From contig OW569361.1 in the NCBI GenBank assembly GCA_937625935.1, positions 124,001 through 188,000 of the forward strand: a stretch of 64,000 nt of DNA, read 5' to 3'. Position numbers and translations under genes: made by a program. Positions 22,601 through 34,721 of this stretch are shown here, piece after piece. The notes beneath the pieces are model-generated. The model made no database searches. It was not told the DNA's origin and was given only the letters and a program-made list of their open reading frames with translations. The DNA comes from Tetramitus jugosus (lineage: Eukaryota > Protista > Heterolobosea). Within the stretch, counting starts at the first letter, position 1, and each line of letters begins with the position of its first letter.

Positions 22601-24150
22601 CACATGGCTGAATTGTTTGAGATGGAACCGTTTGTTGACTGTTCAACAGACGAATTTGAAGAAGCTTTTGCCGAACTGAAGTACTCGTACAGAACTTCAA
22701 ATCACAAGAAAACCCAGGCAGAATTGGCTCTGGCCATAAGACAGAACGAGAAGGAGTACCTTTTCTTAGTACATCCTTGTTTGAAGAGGTGAAAGAGTTC
22801 TTCGAACATAAGTCGTCCAGCTGGACTCCGGTTGGTTCTCTCTCAAGAACATTCTTATCCCCAACGAAGTCCTAAATTATGATGGCCTCAAAGATTGCAT
22901 TGCAAAGAAGGCAAAGGAACTGATCGAGAAAGGGTATCAAAAATACATGTGTCAATGCAAAGAAGGATTGCTTCTATTGTTTACTGGGGATTCAGCGGCA
23001 CCACTGTACTTTCCCACTTGTGGTATGCTGTGTGACAACAAGAAAAGAGAAAATGAGACAGAGCTAAGATATTGCGAGTGTCAAGAAAGAAAAGCAGTCT
23101 TATCATGTGTGTTCCATAGGTGCTGTCTATGTTGCACGGCAAACAATGCTGAAGAATTTGATGAATCCTCCAGGTAAGAAGTCTTCCACCACTGGTGTGA
23201 AACGATCAAAAACTTATGTTTCTAGCAGCTCGTTTTCCTCTACGCAGTTAGCAACAGTTGTCATGGAAGAAAAAGAGATACCATCACCCATGCATTGAAT
23301 CCAATTGACTGGAATGTTTGGGGATGAAATGGCTGCAGAAACAGCACATGCTCAAATTCGGGATACAGCCGGTTCAATCACGAATTAGAGATGACATCGA
23401 TTCGCCACCAGTTTCTGGGAGTCAGAAACAACTGAGTTCATTGTTGGAAGCTCTAATCCATTTGCAGTTCTTCAAGTGATCTCCTCCTGAAGCTGTACAC
23501 AACGGTTTTTTCGTGATTGTAATGATAGGTATTAAAATTCGTGGGAAATCGGAGTTTCTTAATCGAAACCGTCACGATCATATCACACATGAGTTTTACC
23601 ATAAAGTTGGGGAACCAAAAAATAGATTTTACGGACCATGGTCCCCAAATGAAAAACAACAAAAGCGAATCAGCACATATTGTTGCCAGATCCTGACTTT
23701 GATGGAGTCAGGTACTTTTATGTATAAAAAAACGCAGAAAAGACATGTGCTCCATCACTATGGAACTTACTTTTTCTGGGAGAACACAAATACAACAGAA
23801 TCTAGATTGAGAAATTTCATCGGCAAAATAAAGCATTAGAAGAGTCCATGGAACAACAAGAAATCAGTGTTCGTCCTGAAAATTGGAGAAGAATCAATTT
23901 GTTGGAGAGAAACAATTTAACCTCAAGATGTTGGTCTTCATGGGTAAAATCTGGCCGTATTCCAATGTGTTTTATTTTTATTCAACAAAAAATACATATC
24001 CAAGCTCATAGTGTTCTCCAAGCTCGCCTAGATGTCGTGTGTGTGGAAGCAATCTCACATTTGAAGACACCGAATAAGCTGCCATAAAAGAAAACAAGGA
24101 CACTCAGGAGCTTTGTTCGGAAATACATGGAGAGAAGACAATAACAAGAC
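19627..24150 (+). pseudogene. Decayed large transposase-like ORF, probably Mutator/MULE-type
   Basis: Chain of same-strand ORFs broken by frameshifts and stops. Contains RCKEANC...HNH (WRKY/FAR1-like finger), LVDCWFK and FYLD...GDIVH (MULE-like core), RSCNC...YHL (SWIM-like) and a downstream Cys cluster. No TIRs found; ends approximate. Confidence 0.5.
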
Positions 24151-24859
24151 TTATGCATGTTGCAAAGTTGATAATTGCACCTAACCAAGAATTACATACT
24201 AGTTAATGTTGAGCTCTCTATATCGTCTCAACGTTATTTTTTACTGTTTCTATACGTTGATGGCTTCACAAAACCATTGGAACCATTTTCTTTTGACAGT
24301 GGCGTGGATGTTTTGCACAATCATCTGACCACAGAGTGACACAATATCCACCGTAGCTCTGTTGCAAAATCGAAAAATTCTCCCCAAGTCCGAAGAAAAA
24401 AAAACAACACGCATCATCATCAAGCATCATCAACATTGCACGAAGACAACAAAATAGCGTACGTATCATCATCACTACATCGGTAACGTTAACTGCAGCC
24501 ATTCGTGGTACGGGCACCAGGTTTCGTAAGAGATTCTAGATGCACAGCCAGGAGATTGACGTATCATACGTTTTCACCGTTCAGCTGTCTCACATCTGCA
24601 ACATAAGTTGCTGGGCTTAGTTTCAATACTGGAGCGAGTGCACACTTACTCACAATAGGTGTCCGACATTCGAGGTGTCTTGCTGAATGAGATGACAATC
24701 TCTTGTTCTATGCATAAGCTCCTTGTCTAACTTCCTCTGTTCACATTCAAGCATGTATCTGCGTGTTTTAAGAGGTTTGCTTCAGTATTGAATTCAGTGG
24801 GAGTTACAACATACACTCTATTATAAATTGTGACACTAACCCTCGTTCTGTACAAGGTA

Positions 24860-27735
24860 ATGGCCAAGAAGGGAAAGAAGAATCGAAGGACACAGCTTGC
24901 CAAACGCAAACGATCTGACAAAGAGGCGTCAGCTTCAAGTAGCAGTTCAAATAAGAAGAGAGTACAAAATGCAAGTAGTTCCACTAGCAGCAACACTTCT
25001 GACTCATCACAGAGACCAAAGAGATCTATTAAGCCGAGATACTATACGGTAGGGAATGAAGTATTAGACATACTGGGTGCTGATAAATATGAAGAGGAAA
25101 TATTAGCATCACTGCCTGAAGATGAGATGGAATACGATGAGACATACAGTGAACCAAACGATGATGATTATATCTATCAGAGTGATGATGGCAGTGATGA
25201 AGATTATGAAGTGGTTCATGATGAAGACATCCCTGATTCAACACAACGAGTTACTTCAAGCACATCAGCAACTAATAGTGCAAACAAGTCTCGATCAACA
25301 CAATCTGCTGCCCCAAGAAACTCTGGAACACCTGGAACATCTAATCCTATAGCTTCATCTGGTACTGCAACTGGAACACAATCTGATTCACCTACACCTG
25401 CCATCGCAGCCAAGACCGATGACTCAAATAAGAAGAAACAGTTTGTTCCAGTCGACAAATGCACACGTTGTGGTATAGATGCAGAATGTAAGAACTGCAT
25501 GTGTGTCAAGTCCAAGCACTATTGCACAGAGGCATGTAGTTGTAAGGACAACTGCAACAACAGACAGGGGAAGAAATCCGAATATGTCACAATTACAGAG
25601 ATTGCAAGGACAAGGGAGTGTTTACACCTGCTTCTGATCCAAGTAACTTCAACTTCATGGGGCAACCGAGAAACATTCCAAAGGAGTGCAAGACTGAGAA
25701 AGAATTTCTCCACTTATATCTGACGCAACTATTAATGGAGAGAATTTTGCAGGACTCTTTGAAGAAGCAAGAGCGTAGAAATGCTGAGCAACAACAGAAG
25801 AAGAGAGCTGGAAAGATAAAGGATGCTGGCTTCTTTGACTTCAAGTTAACTTTGGAAGACATCCAGAAGAAGCTTATGGCCGATCTTGCAACTTCTCTGA
25901 ACGTTCAACCATCTATCAAGTTACAATTCTTAAGTGATTCAGATCTGTATGGGAATGATTATTTGAAGCGTATTGGAATGAATTCCAATGATTATTGGAA
26001 GACCAATGGAGTTATCACTTGCAATCTGGACCTGATGGAGGCAGCTCTGAATTCTACATTTGACTACTACTACTTACCTGGTATGTATTACTCAATTGAT
26101 GAAGGTTTGATCAGGTTTACTGGTAGATACTGTTATAAGCAATACATTCCCAATAAGCCAGCAGGTGAAGGAGTCAAGACATTCAATGGATGTGATGCCC
26201 AAACAGGTTACTGCCACAGCTTCTTCTTCTATAGAAAGCGTTTCCTGGAAGACATCCGAGACAAGCTCATTGAAGAAGACAGTAGGTGCAGTCAAACTGA
26301 CTGTGGAGCCAGCCAATGTGATCTCTATATGTGTGACACATGTAATCATGTCTTCTGTGAAGACCACTGCGTACCGTATGGTGAAGAAGATGCAGTGAAA
26401 TGTATTGTATGTTTGGAGCTGGATGATCTTCATGAGATAATGAAGCAGGAAGGCAAGATGAAACCTGGTTCTCAAGTTGAATTGTATGATGGTGATAAGT
26501 CTGTTGCCACCGCTGTTGCAGAGGATAGTAATACTACACCACCAGATCACACGTACGTGAAGATTGAGGAATGGCGCAGTGATGAATGGAAAGAGAGATA
26601 TGATAGTGACACCCATGTGTATTGGGAGAACAACAAGTTAAGATTGAAGAATGTTCCAATGAGCAATGACATCTTTGTGAATGTTGATACAACCCAAACC
26701 GATCTGGACATCTGGGTACAGAGTATGCGTGATAATCCCAATTCGGATGTTCTGAAGTTGTTAGTTAAGATCAACAAGGATAAGAAGAAGAAGGAGAGTG
26801 AGAAATTAACACCGAGGAAGGTGGTACTACATTTTGTTAACTTGCCAAAGCAAAGTAAGTATCATATTTACATTGGTGACAGTTACTATGGTAGTTATGC
26901 TCTTGCAACAGAGTTACATAAGGCTGGACACCATTTCCTTTTCTGTTGCAAGAGTGATCATCCAACAGAGTTATGGAAGGACAAGATCAACAACCACAAT
27001 TTGGCTAAGGGTGACAGCAACTGGGTAACTAATTCTGATAGTACCATCATTGCATTGTCTTTGCATGACAAGAAGGTATGTAACTTTGTGAGTAATGTGT
27101 ATGGTTCAGATACTGCTGAAACTTCTAAAGGGAAGAAACTGCCTCGTATGGTTGTAACATATAATTATGGTATGCAAGGGGTGGATAGATATGATAGACA
27201 TTGTAGTTCATACAAGATCTGTCCGCATAGACAGATCTCCTGGAAGAAAGCTGTATTCCTTGCTTTGATTAAGATGGCGATTGTGAATGCATACATACTA
27301 TTCAAATTAGTTACTGATAAGAAGAGTATGACACAGCGTCAGTTCATAGAGAATGTTCTGGAACAGTATGCGACATCCATTGGACGTTCCAAAGAACATT
27401 TGACAGTGCAGAATGTGGGCAAGATGCATCTTATCATGAAGTGTGTTAAAAAGAGGGAGAATGGTAGGACTTACACTGGTAAATGCCATTGCTGTGCATC
27501 TGGGTGGAGTAAGCATCGTACAAAGACTGCGAAACCAATTAAGTTTGGTGAATGTGTTCATTCAAACACAGCATTCTTCTGTTCCAGTTGCAGAGTATGG
27601 CTGCATCCAGAGTGTGCCTATCGATATCACCACAAGATTGTCAAGATGCGTACTGGGAACAAGCAGAAGGATCCTGTACAGGACAAGTACAAGTATATTC
27701 CAAGCAAGTTACCAAAGAAGGCCAAGAAGAAGTGA
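24860..27735 (+). mobile_element. piggyBac-like transposase, split by one frameshift between an N-terminal CXC-bearing ORF (24860-25723) and the DDD core ORF (to 27735)
   Basis: SIDEGLIRFTGR, KQYIPNKP..EGVK, CDAQTGY, IGDSYYGS, YNYGMQGVDRYD, W.KAVF..LI.MAIVNAYIL and a C-terminal Cys-rich domain (C..C...T.FFCSSC.V.LH..C..YH). Confidence 0.92.
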
Positions 27736-27786
27736 TCTTTCTTCATTCAGTTGTGCATTGGATCAATTATGTTAATAAAGGTATCT

Positions 27787-27900
27787 CATGTGACCCACAT
27801 GCATCTACCCTCAATACAATAACACTCTGTTCACCCAACACCCCATACGACAACATTTGTGACATCTTATGTTGATGTCACAGTGGACACCTGTGTCCAC
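27787..27900. repeat. Cluster of three short palindromes downstream of the piggyBac ORF
   Basis: CATGTG-acc-CACATG (27787-27801), TGTGACATC-7nt-GATGTCACA (27858-27882) and GTGGACAC-ct-GTGTCCAC (27883-27900). Confidence 0.8.
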
Positions 27901-29122
27901 CGGCCTATTTTACACAGAGAAACACGCATAAAAAAAGCACAGTAAGTCTTAGTGGATATCACAACATACATTAATTTTTAAGAGGACTATGCAACCTCAC
28001 AAAATAAACTAAAGGAGTTAGTAAATGTACATACTAACAACCGTAGAGTTGCTGAAATTGGATGTGTTCCTACTTGGACCAGAGTACTTGCATCAATATG
28101 GTCTAGAAGTAAAGCATTCATTGAGTTCACTACCAACATATGTTCGTAATAAGTTTGAAAAACAAAAAAATGTACCGAATTTCCGAATTTTTATGACTTC
28201 ATGGATAAATTGATTCTTTTAGTGGAACAATGTAGCTTTCTATTTATGTTTCAGTCCCAACTCTCGAGCGTGTTAAAAATTATTTGTATTATGTCTGTAA
28301 TATTTGAACTAGAATATATAAATGCCAAAGACTCTCAAAATATTGGCGCTTGTTTCTGATCATTATTTATCCTTTTTCATATCTGTCGTGAACATTGTTT
28401 GTTGTTCATCAACAAACATCAACAAACAAAATGAAACTGACAAAACAACAGGAGGTTTATTTTGTGTTGATATGCAGTATGGAATTAAAATCTCTCTCTG
28501 CTTGATATTCAAAATTTGGGCAATTTTGTGGCTGGACTGGGTTCGTGGCGATGGTTGTCGAGAGTTCTCGAGAGCAACAAGAGAACAAATAGTGTTGGAA
28601 TATTTTGTAATTTTATGAAGACATGCAGGTGTTGAACACTGAATGTATATGTGGAAAGAAACGTTGGGTCATTACACCTGACTTGTTGGTTGTATTTCTA
28701 GACACTGGATGATTGAATGGGCATTTGTATATCTGCTGTGCTGGATCTCCAAGTGCAAAGTTGATATTTAAGCCATGCCATAGCCCGCTTCCACGGTCAC
28801 TCACTAGTTCCAGTATAGCACTATTGGTGTGACTACTTTCTCGCTGCAGCCCAAACCAGTGGTTTGTCTTCAAAAATTCCTTCCCTACATAAGTCACATT
28901 TTACCGCCCTTTGGGAGACTCCACAAATTTTCGAATAAAAGCCCTAGTCAGATGATACGCCTACTAGCTGTTGACATTCCTGTTGTTTTGGTTCCGATAC
29001 CTTGGAGGGTCAGAATCAGGACAGATTAGTTAATTGGAACCTTGTGGATCGATTTGGGGTTTCCAACCCCTGGTTCATAGGTTCTACCTCCAAGATTGAC
29101 CCATTGGAAAAGATCCTGATGG

Positions 29123-30775
29123 GTGAAAACGACATCCTTTCCGAACTGGAAAAACCAAGCAAACAAAAACAGAACTTGCGTAATAATGAACGACGACTTT
29201 CTGACTAATTTGTGTTCTAACACGTTCTTTGAGAACATGGGCTATGCTGCAGGCAAGGATGGTGCACCACTCACTGGAGTCCACCTTGCTCTGTTCATTG
29301 CATTCTGCATCAATCTCTTTGTGGTTCTCTGTGTGAGTATTGTGTCACTGTGTTGTGTTCCACCTGCAAAGATCAGCAAGAAAATGAAGTTGGCCAAGTT
29401 GATTTCACTGTTGGATCTTTATGCTGTGTTTCTTCCGGACAAGAAACAAAAGAAGGAGAAGCATAATGATGATGACAATGTCTCCAATAGCAAATGCAAG
29501 AAGACAAAGAGATCAGTGTCAGGTGCAGTGATGACACTGCTCTGCATTTGGTTCCTCTCAGGTGCTCTGTTGGTTTTGGTGAAGCAGAGAAACAGACTTG
29601 TTCCGTTCACGATCACGGAGTCACAAGAGTTGAGTTCTGTGCTTTCAACAAAGAATCAATATTTCAATATGGCTACTGTGTTTTTGGCCTATCTTCCAAG
29701 CGAGAGCGACTGTTCCATCTTTGCTAAGGACACAATAATGAAAGCAAGGGGCAATGATGTGAGTCAAGTTGGAAATGTGCAATACAAGGCTGTGCCAACA
29801 GATCGCTACTCTCCGTCTGCTTACTGCTATGTCTATCAGGAATGGAAAATGATTTCATCACCTACTGGATATCAATCTCCAGTCAGCATATCTGTACAAA
29901 TTGTTGGAGATGCAACGCGCTACTCATCTTCTGCCTCCTTAGGATTTGTGAGCTTGCCTTGGGACACTGCCGGATATGATTATTGGGCAAAAGACACTCT
30001 TGAAACCCAAACACCAAAGGAGATGGTCAACTATCTGAAGAGATTGGGAGGATTCTGTGCCAAAGTTCAAAGTGGCGCATCTGTCTCACTCACTGTCGAA
30101 CCCAAATCGTTCCAGTACCCAGTGTCATTTTATTATGGTTCTTCACAACAAAATCCAATCTTCTCGAACATTGTCCATTTTCCGAAGCAAGTTGAAAGAT
30201 GGAGTGCAACGGCGAGTAGTCAGTATCAGTACGATGTGACATTGAACTTTACTCCTCGCCGAGCATTATATGCTGAGGGTCAATCCAGCTTCAACACATT
30301 GTTGCTTGCTGTATTGACAATTGCTATTGTGTTGTTAGTTTGTACATGGATTAGAAAGGTAGTGATGACCATTTCATCATTGTGTCAAAAGTCACTTCGT
30401 GCTCGCTTGCTGGCTCTAGTCGGCCTGTTTCTCGTTATGTGTGCTGCCTATGGAGTTATGGGTTGGTTGATTGCCCAGAATATGTTGTTCCCAGATGCAA
30501 CCATATCCACTCTCAGTTTGTCGAGTGTAATTTACACCAGTCTGTTGTTGTTCTCGGCATTCATTCACGTGGCTGTCTATCACTCAAAGTACAAGGCTTA
30601 TCCCTTTCCAACCGAGCCAGTCTCTGCTTTCCCAACTGTGCAAACATATGAAGCAAACTTCCAAGCTGTCCCACAACATGTCCCATACCCCGAAACAACT
30701 CCATTGTACCCTTCAGCGCACAATCCAAATGCTCCACTGAACGTCGTGTACAGACCGCACCCAACATATCAATAA
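29123..30775 (+). CDS. Multi-pass membrane protein of unknown function; true 5' end probably upstream (signal-like peptide near 28472, unresolved exons or decay)
   Basis: 550-aa ORF with about 5 hydrophobic helices and a PY-rich tail; AATAAA overlaps the stop. Confidence 0.7.
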   Translation: MKTTSFPNWKNQANKNRTCVIMNDDFLTNLCSNTFFENMGYAAGKDGAPLTGVHLALFIAFCINLFVVLCVSIVSLCCVPPAKISKKMKLAKLISLLDLYAVFLPDKKQKKEKHNDDDNVSNSKCKKTKRSVSGAVMTLLCIWFLSGALLVLVKQRNRLVPFTITESQELSSVLSTKNQYFNMATVFLAYLPSESDCSIFAKDTIMKARGNDVSQVGNVQYKAVPTDRYSPSAYCYVYQEWKMISSPTGYQSPVSISVQIVGDATRYSSSASLGFVSLPWDTAGYDYWAKDTLETQTPKEMVNYLKRLGGFCAKVQSGASVSLTVEPKSFQYPVSFYYGSSQQNPIFSNIVHFPKQVERWSATASSQYQYDVTLNFTPRRALYAEGQSSFNTLLLAVLTIAIVLLVCTWIRKVVMTISSLCQKSLRARLLALVGLFLVMCAAYGVMGWLIAQNMLFPDATISTLSLSSVIYTSLLLFSAFIHVAVYHSKYKAYPFPTEPVSAFPTVQTYEANFQAVPQHVPYPETTPLYPSAHNPNAPLNVVYRPHPTYQ

Positions 30776-30952
30776 ATTGGAACAAGGGGTTAATTTGAAT
30801 CATCCTAACCAAACCTTTCCGCAGTAGATGTAGTGCATACAGGGAAATGAAGGAATAAGTTGGTAAAGGATGGAGATGTGGTTGTTGCAGATGAGTTATT
30901 GAAAGACGAAGAAATTTGAATACATCCACCATACCAATAAATTAGAACCATT

Positions 30953-33802
30953 TTAGTTTATTTCATACTCCTTAATATTTGGTTTACTACTTGGGGACTG
31001 TGTAATTCGATCCAAGACGTAATCACCTCTCACCATCTTAATTTTGTGTTGCTTGAGCTGAGCGATTAGTTTTTCTGTTTTGTGATCTGGCTCTGGGTCA
31101 ACGATCGCATATGAAACATCTTCCAACTCTTCTTTCTTCAATAGGGGCACACGAGGTCTACTACCTACGAAAGAGCGTTGAACAACCGAAGCACCACCAA
31201 CCATCAAAACCTTTTTCAATACACCAATAGGAGGTGATTCATTACTCTGTATCAGGATAATCTTTTCGTTCTCAAACGGAAGTCGGTTGGTAGAAGTGAT
31301 GTGTTGACGCCATTCTTTTGGATTTGGAGTTGGCCTGCCTGAACTTCCGATATTGGACTGATTGTCATATTCGTATTCTTCTTCGTCAAGAAGTCGGTTG
31401 GCTTTGATTGAATCAGCCAAATAGCTAGCCTTCAGCACCCAAGCACCACTCGCACAAGCACAAAGTACTTTTTCCGTTCTCTTTAAACTGCCAGAAATTA
31501 AGTGCGTAAACATTGGTTCATCATCTGAGACTGAAGTGAGCACCTTGGCACCCAACTTCGCAAACACGTCATTGTAAGTTTTTGCTTTTGGTATCTCGCT
31601 ACTCAGAAGAATGATCGGTTGTTGCTCGCTATCCTCGGAGTAATCCTCCTCGTCTTCGTTTTCATCCTCCTCGTCTTCATCCTCCATTGCATCTTCCTCC
31701 TGCTTCCTGGATGAGAGACGCGTCACTCTTGGTCTCTTAGTTTGAGGTTCTTCTTCCTCTTCCTTCTCCTCTTCCTTCTTCTCTCTACCTCTCTTGGCTT
31801 GTGTTTTATTCTGCTCTGGTTTTGTTGCTCGCTCTTCACTCATACACTTGGGAAGTTCATACTCTTGGTCAGGTGATAATACGTAGGTATCGATCGGTAC
31901 ATAACGCCATTCTTGAACACATTGTCGAATCCATCTGTCTGACACAATAGGTATTTTAGAGGCTATGGCGAGATCTTGCTTTGATGTTACCTTCGATTGT
32001 GCAGTCTTACTCCTCACAGCCTCCCGCACACTCTCGGCTTCGCTATCAGGCATAATTAAGCAGCTATAAGTATAATGAAGTGCCCCAGAGAACTGAGCAC
32101 CAGTGCATTGAATGAGGTAGATAATGTCGGAACGGAGCGAACCTGAAAGGCTTGAAACGGACATTGTCCAATCCCTCAGCTCGGGAATAGGAACCCTACT
32201 TGCCAGTGGGGTGTAAATTAATTGTTCGTTGTAATCCATCAACTGTCTCTTTTGAATGCAATCATCTAGCCATTGGGCTGTGACGAGTTTCTTATTTTGC
32301 TTCAGTGCTGTTTCACATACTTCTACATCTTGAAAACGAGCCAATACATGAGTACAAGCTTCTTGATACTGATTAGAAATTTTGGCACCACAATCCTTCA
32401 AAACCTCAATTAAATCTGCTTGAATATCTGCACTATATTGATTTCTACACACATAAAAGGTAAACTTTTGAAATATAGCTCTCAACCTTCTCGTTTGTTC
32501 AATAATTTGAGAATCGGTGGCAACAGATTTTACGTTCGTGCTTATGGAATGTTGTTGCGGCTCCTCCTCTTTTTTACTCTCTTCTCTGCCCTTCTTGGCA
32601 GGCGAGAACGTGATTTGTTTCGAAGGTGTTGCTGGAGTGGTTGGTGTCACTGTAGTTGTAGTAGCTGCAGCAGTACTTTCTTTTACACGTAAAGTGGGCT
32701 GAGCCGTACTCGTGCTACCCAAGGGGACATTGGATTGTGTGTCTGAAAGGAGCGTCACAAATGGAGTCTTTTGAGTCACAACAATAAATGCATCTTCGTT
32801 GACATGGTTGGATCGCTTTGCACACTCATTCAACCATTCAAACGACATAATTTTTACACCGAGGTACCACTCCTCTTGCTTTTCATCACCACCATTTTTG
32901 TCACTCTTTTTCAATGCATGTTGAATCATCTTGTCAACAACGTCTTGTTTTTGCTTGGTCAAACGACTCGATGCATCGACAATAATATGTGTACAATCTG
33001 TTGTCAACTCCTCAGAGTACTCTGCACCCAAAAACCAACATAAAAATTGGATCCTCTCCAATTGTTCACTCCATATCTCATTATTGACATTTGTGCTCAT
33101 GCCATGCACCTTGATCACACACGATACTCGCTTATCACTATTGTTACTTGATCGATTAAATGGAAGCCAATTCAACAACACTCGCTTGTCCATTCTGTTA
33201 CACACAAATCATACCAAAACAAGAGAGCAAGAACAATACACATTATATACCGAAATGATGTGATATATCACTCACAGTGGTTAGTTGAACTCTCTTTCAC
33301 CCATCAACAACCATTTGACAAAAACAAAAAACAAACTAAACAATAGCGATATGCATGCAATGTGTACATACGATTGGATGGATGACAAGGGTTGATTGTG
33401 AGATATGCTCTCCTGTAGTGCCATTTCCGATATGAATTGCACATTGTGATGCTTATGAATAACATAACATTGTTGAAATCGATACAATAGCGTTTCTTGA
33501 TCCTTGTCATGCACTTCATTTGATGATGATGACTTTGATAATTGGTCAATGGCACTTTGTGTCAAGACAACATGACTCAACTGTTTCCATCCATCTTGTT
33601 CTTCTTCTTTTTGTTTCTGCTGACTGTCGCTGCTGCTGTTCACGATGGGAATGATCATCATTGATTTTTTCTTCCATGTGCTACAATCCATGAGAATTCC
33701 TCCATTTTGTTGAATAGTTGCTTCAAGTTGCTTATTGTTGTTGGTTGTGGGAGTGGTGGTGGATAGAATGGTAAAGTATTGACCGTGAAACAACATGTTC
33801 AT
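30953..33802 (-). CDS. Multi-BRCT DNA-damage scaffold (Rtt107/Brc1/PTIP/TopBP1-like); exons 33802-33372 and 33194-30953
   Basis: Repeated GA...CTH.I...W..xC BRCT signatures and RTEKVLCA...W. A GTATGT...AACAG intron at 33371-33195 restores the frame. Confidence 0.85.
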
Positions 33803-34050
33803 TGTTGATCCTGAGAAACCAAATCACACGGTGGTTTTGCTTGAATGTTTTTGTTGAAGCTTTTTCTTTTGAGCCGTGGGACATTCCAGAAAATCGACGA
33901 AAAAGAATGCCGCGAAAAGTTTGTTTGCCGGAATGAGGACTTGAAGGTTAGTCTCCAATAGCCGTCCGTTGATCGGGCTACGGCTGCAAATTTGGCGCCA
34001 TTGATTGGGAGGGAACCAACAATTTTTCAAAGATACTAACTGAAAACGAA

Positions 34051-34698
34051 ATGAAATCATTGAAACGCTCACAGAGTAGCTCAGAGTTGAACAGCATCGC
34101 AGTGTCTCCCATGAGACTGAAGAGAGATCTTACAATACGTGTGGGAGATGAATCTGTAGCTTCACCAACCAGAAGCTCAACAAAACGATTAAATATATGG
34201 GAGAGGCTATCTGATCCAGCATCCTTTACAGGAGTTTATGCAGAGAGATTTCGAGATGGAGGATCAATAAACTCTAGCGCTCATGACGGCAACATTAGAG
34301 ACTTGAGTGAGATTACTCGTCCCGGATTCAGAACATCATCTCATGTAAAAACAGGAAAGGGATGGGAACCAGGACAGCACGCCAATTCGGGCATGCTTTG
34401 CGATACTCCTGCAACTAGACGAGCACCAGAATCACCAAAGAGTGCGTTCCTAAACTCCTCTCTTTCCATTAGCTCATCTTCCTCTCCCAGATCTAGTGTT
34501 CGAAGCAGAACTTCGAGTCCTGCTTCATTCATGCTTCATAGATCCATATCATCCAATAGCGTTCGGTCAAATCGAAGTGAATACACTAGTTTTCCATCCT
34601 CACCCAAACATGTACCTCCAGTTTCCCCCATCAACAATAGGAGAACTCTTCGAAGGTCAACGAGTGTTCAAAATGTTAGAGACTTCCTTACTTTATAA
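34051..34698 (+). CDS. Ser-rich protein with a partial p25alpha (TPPP/apicortin-like) motif
   Basis: IWERLSDPASFTGVYAERF...DLSEITRP resembles the TPPP motif RLTDxxKFTGSHKERF. Confidence 0.65.
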   Translation: MKSLKRSQSSSELNSIAVSPMRLKRDLTIRVGDESVASPTRSSTKRLNIWERLSDPASFTGVYAERFRDGGSINSSAHDGNIRDLSEITRPGFRTSSHVKTGKGWEPGQHANSGMLCDTPATRRAPESPKSAFLNSSLSISSSSSPRSSVRSRTSSPASFMLHRSISSNSVRSNRSEYTSFPSSPKHVPPVSPINNRRTLRRSTSVQNVRDFLTL

Positions 34699-34721
34699 AT
34701 GTTATGTTGTAAAAATTACTT

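Noticed and set aside
21245-23300. In-frame TGA codons as possible selenocysteine or alternative genetic code
   Set aside because: They co-occur with frameshifts in a decayed element, and TGA is a normal stop in intact genes here.
26071-26080. TACTTACCTG, like the U1 snRNA 5' end
   Set aside because: It lies inside the transposase coding frame (YYLPG) and no U1 structure follows.
24764-27985. TTTTAAGAGG present on both sides of the piggyBac ORF
   Set aside because: The copies are direct rather than inverted, short and AT-rich; not a TTAA-flanked TIR pair.
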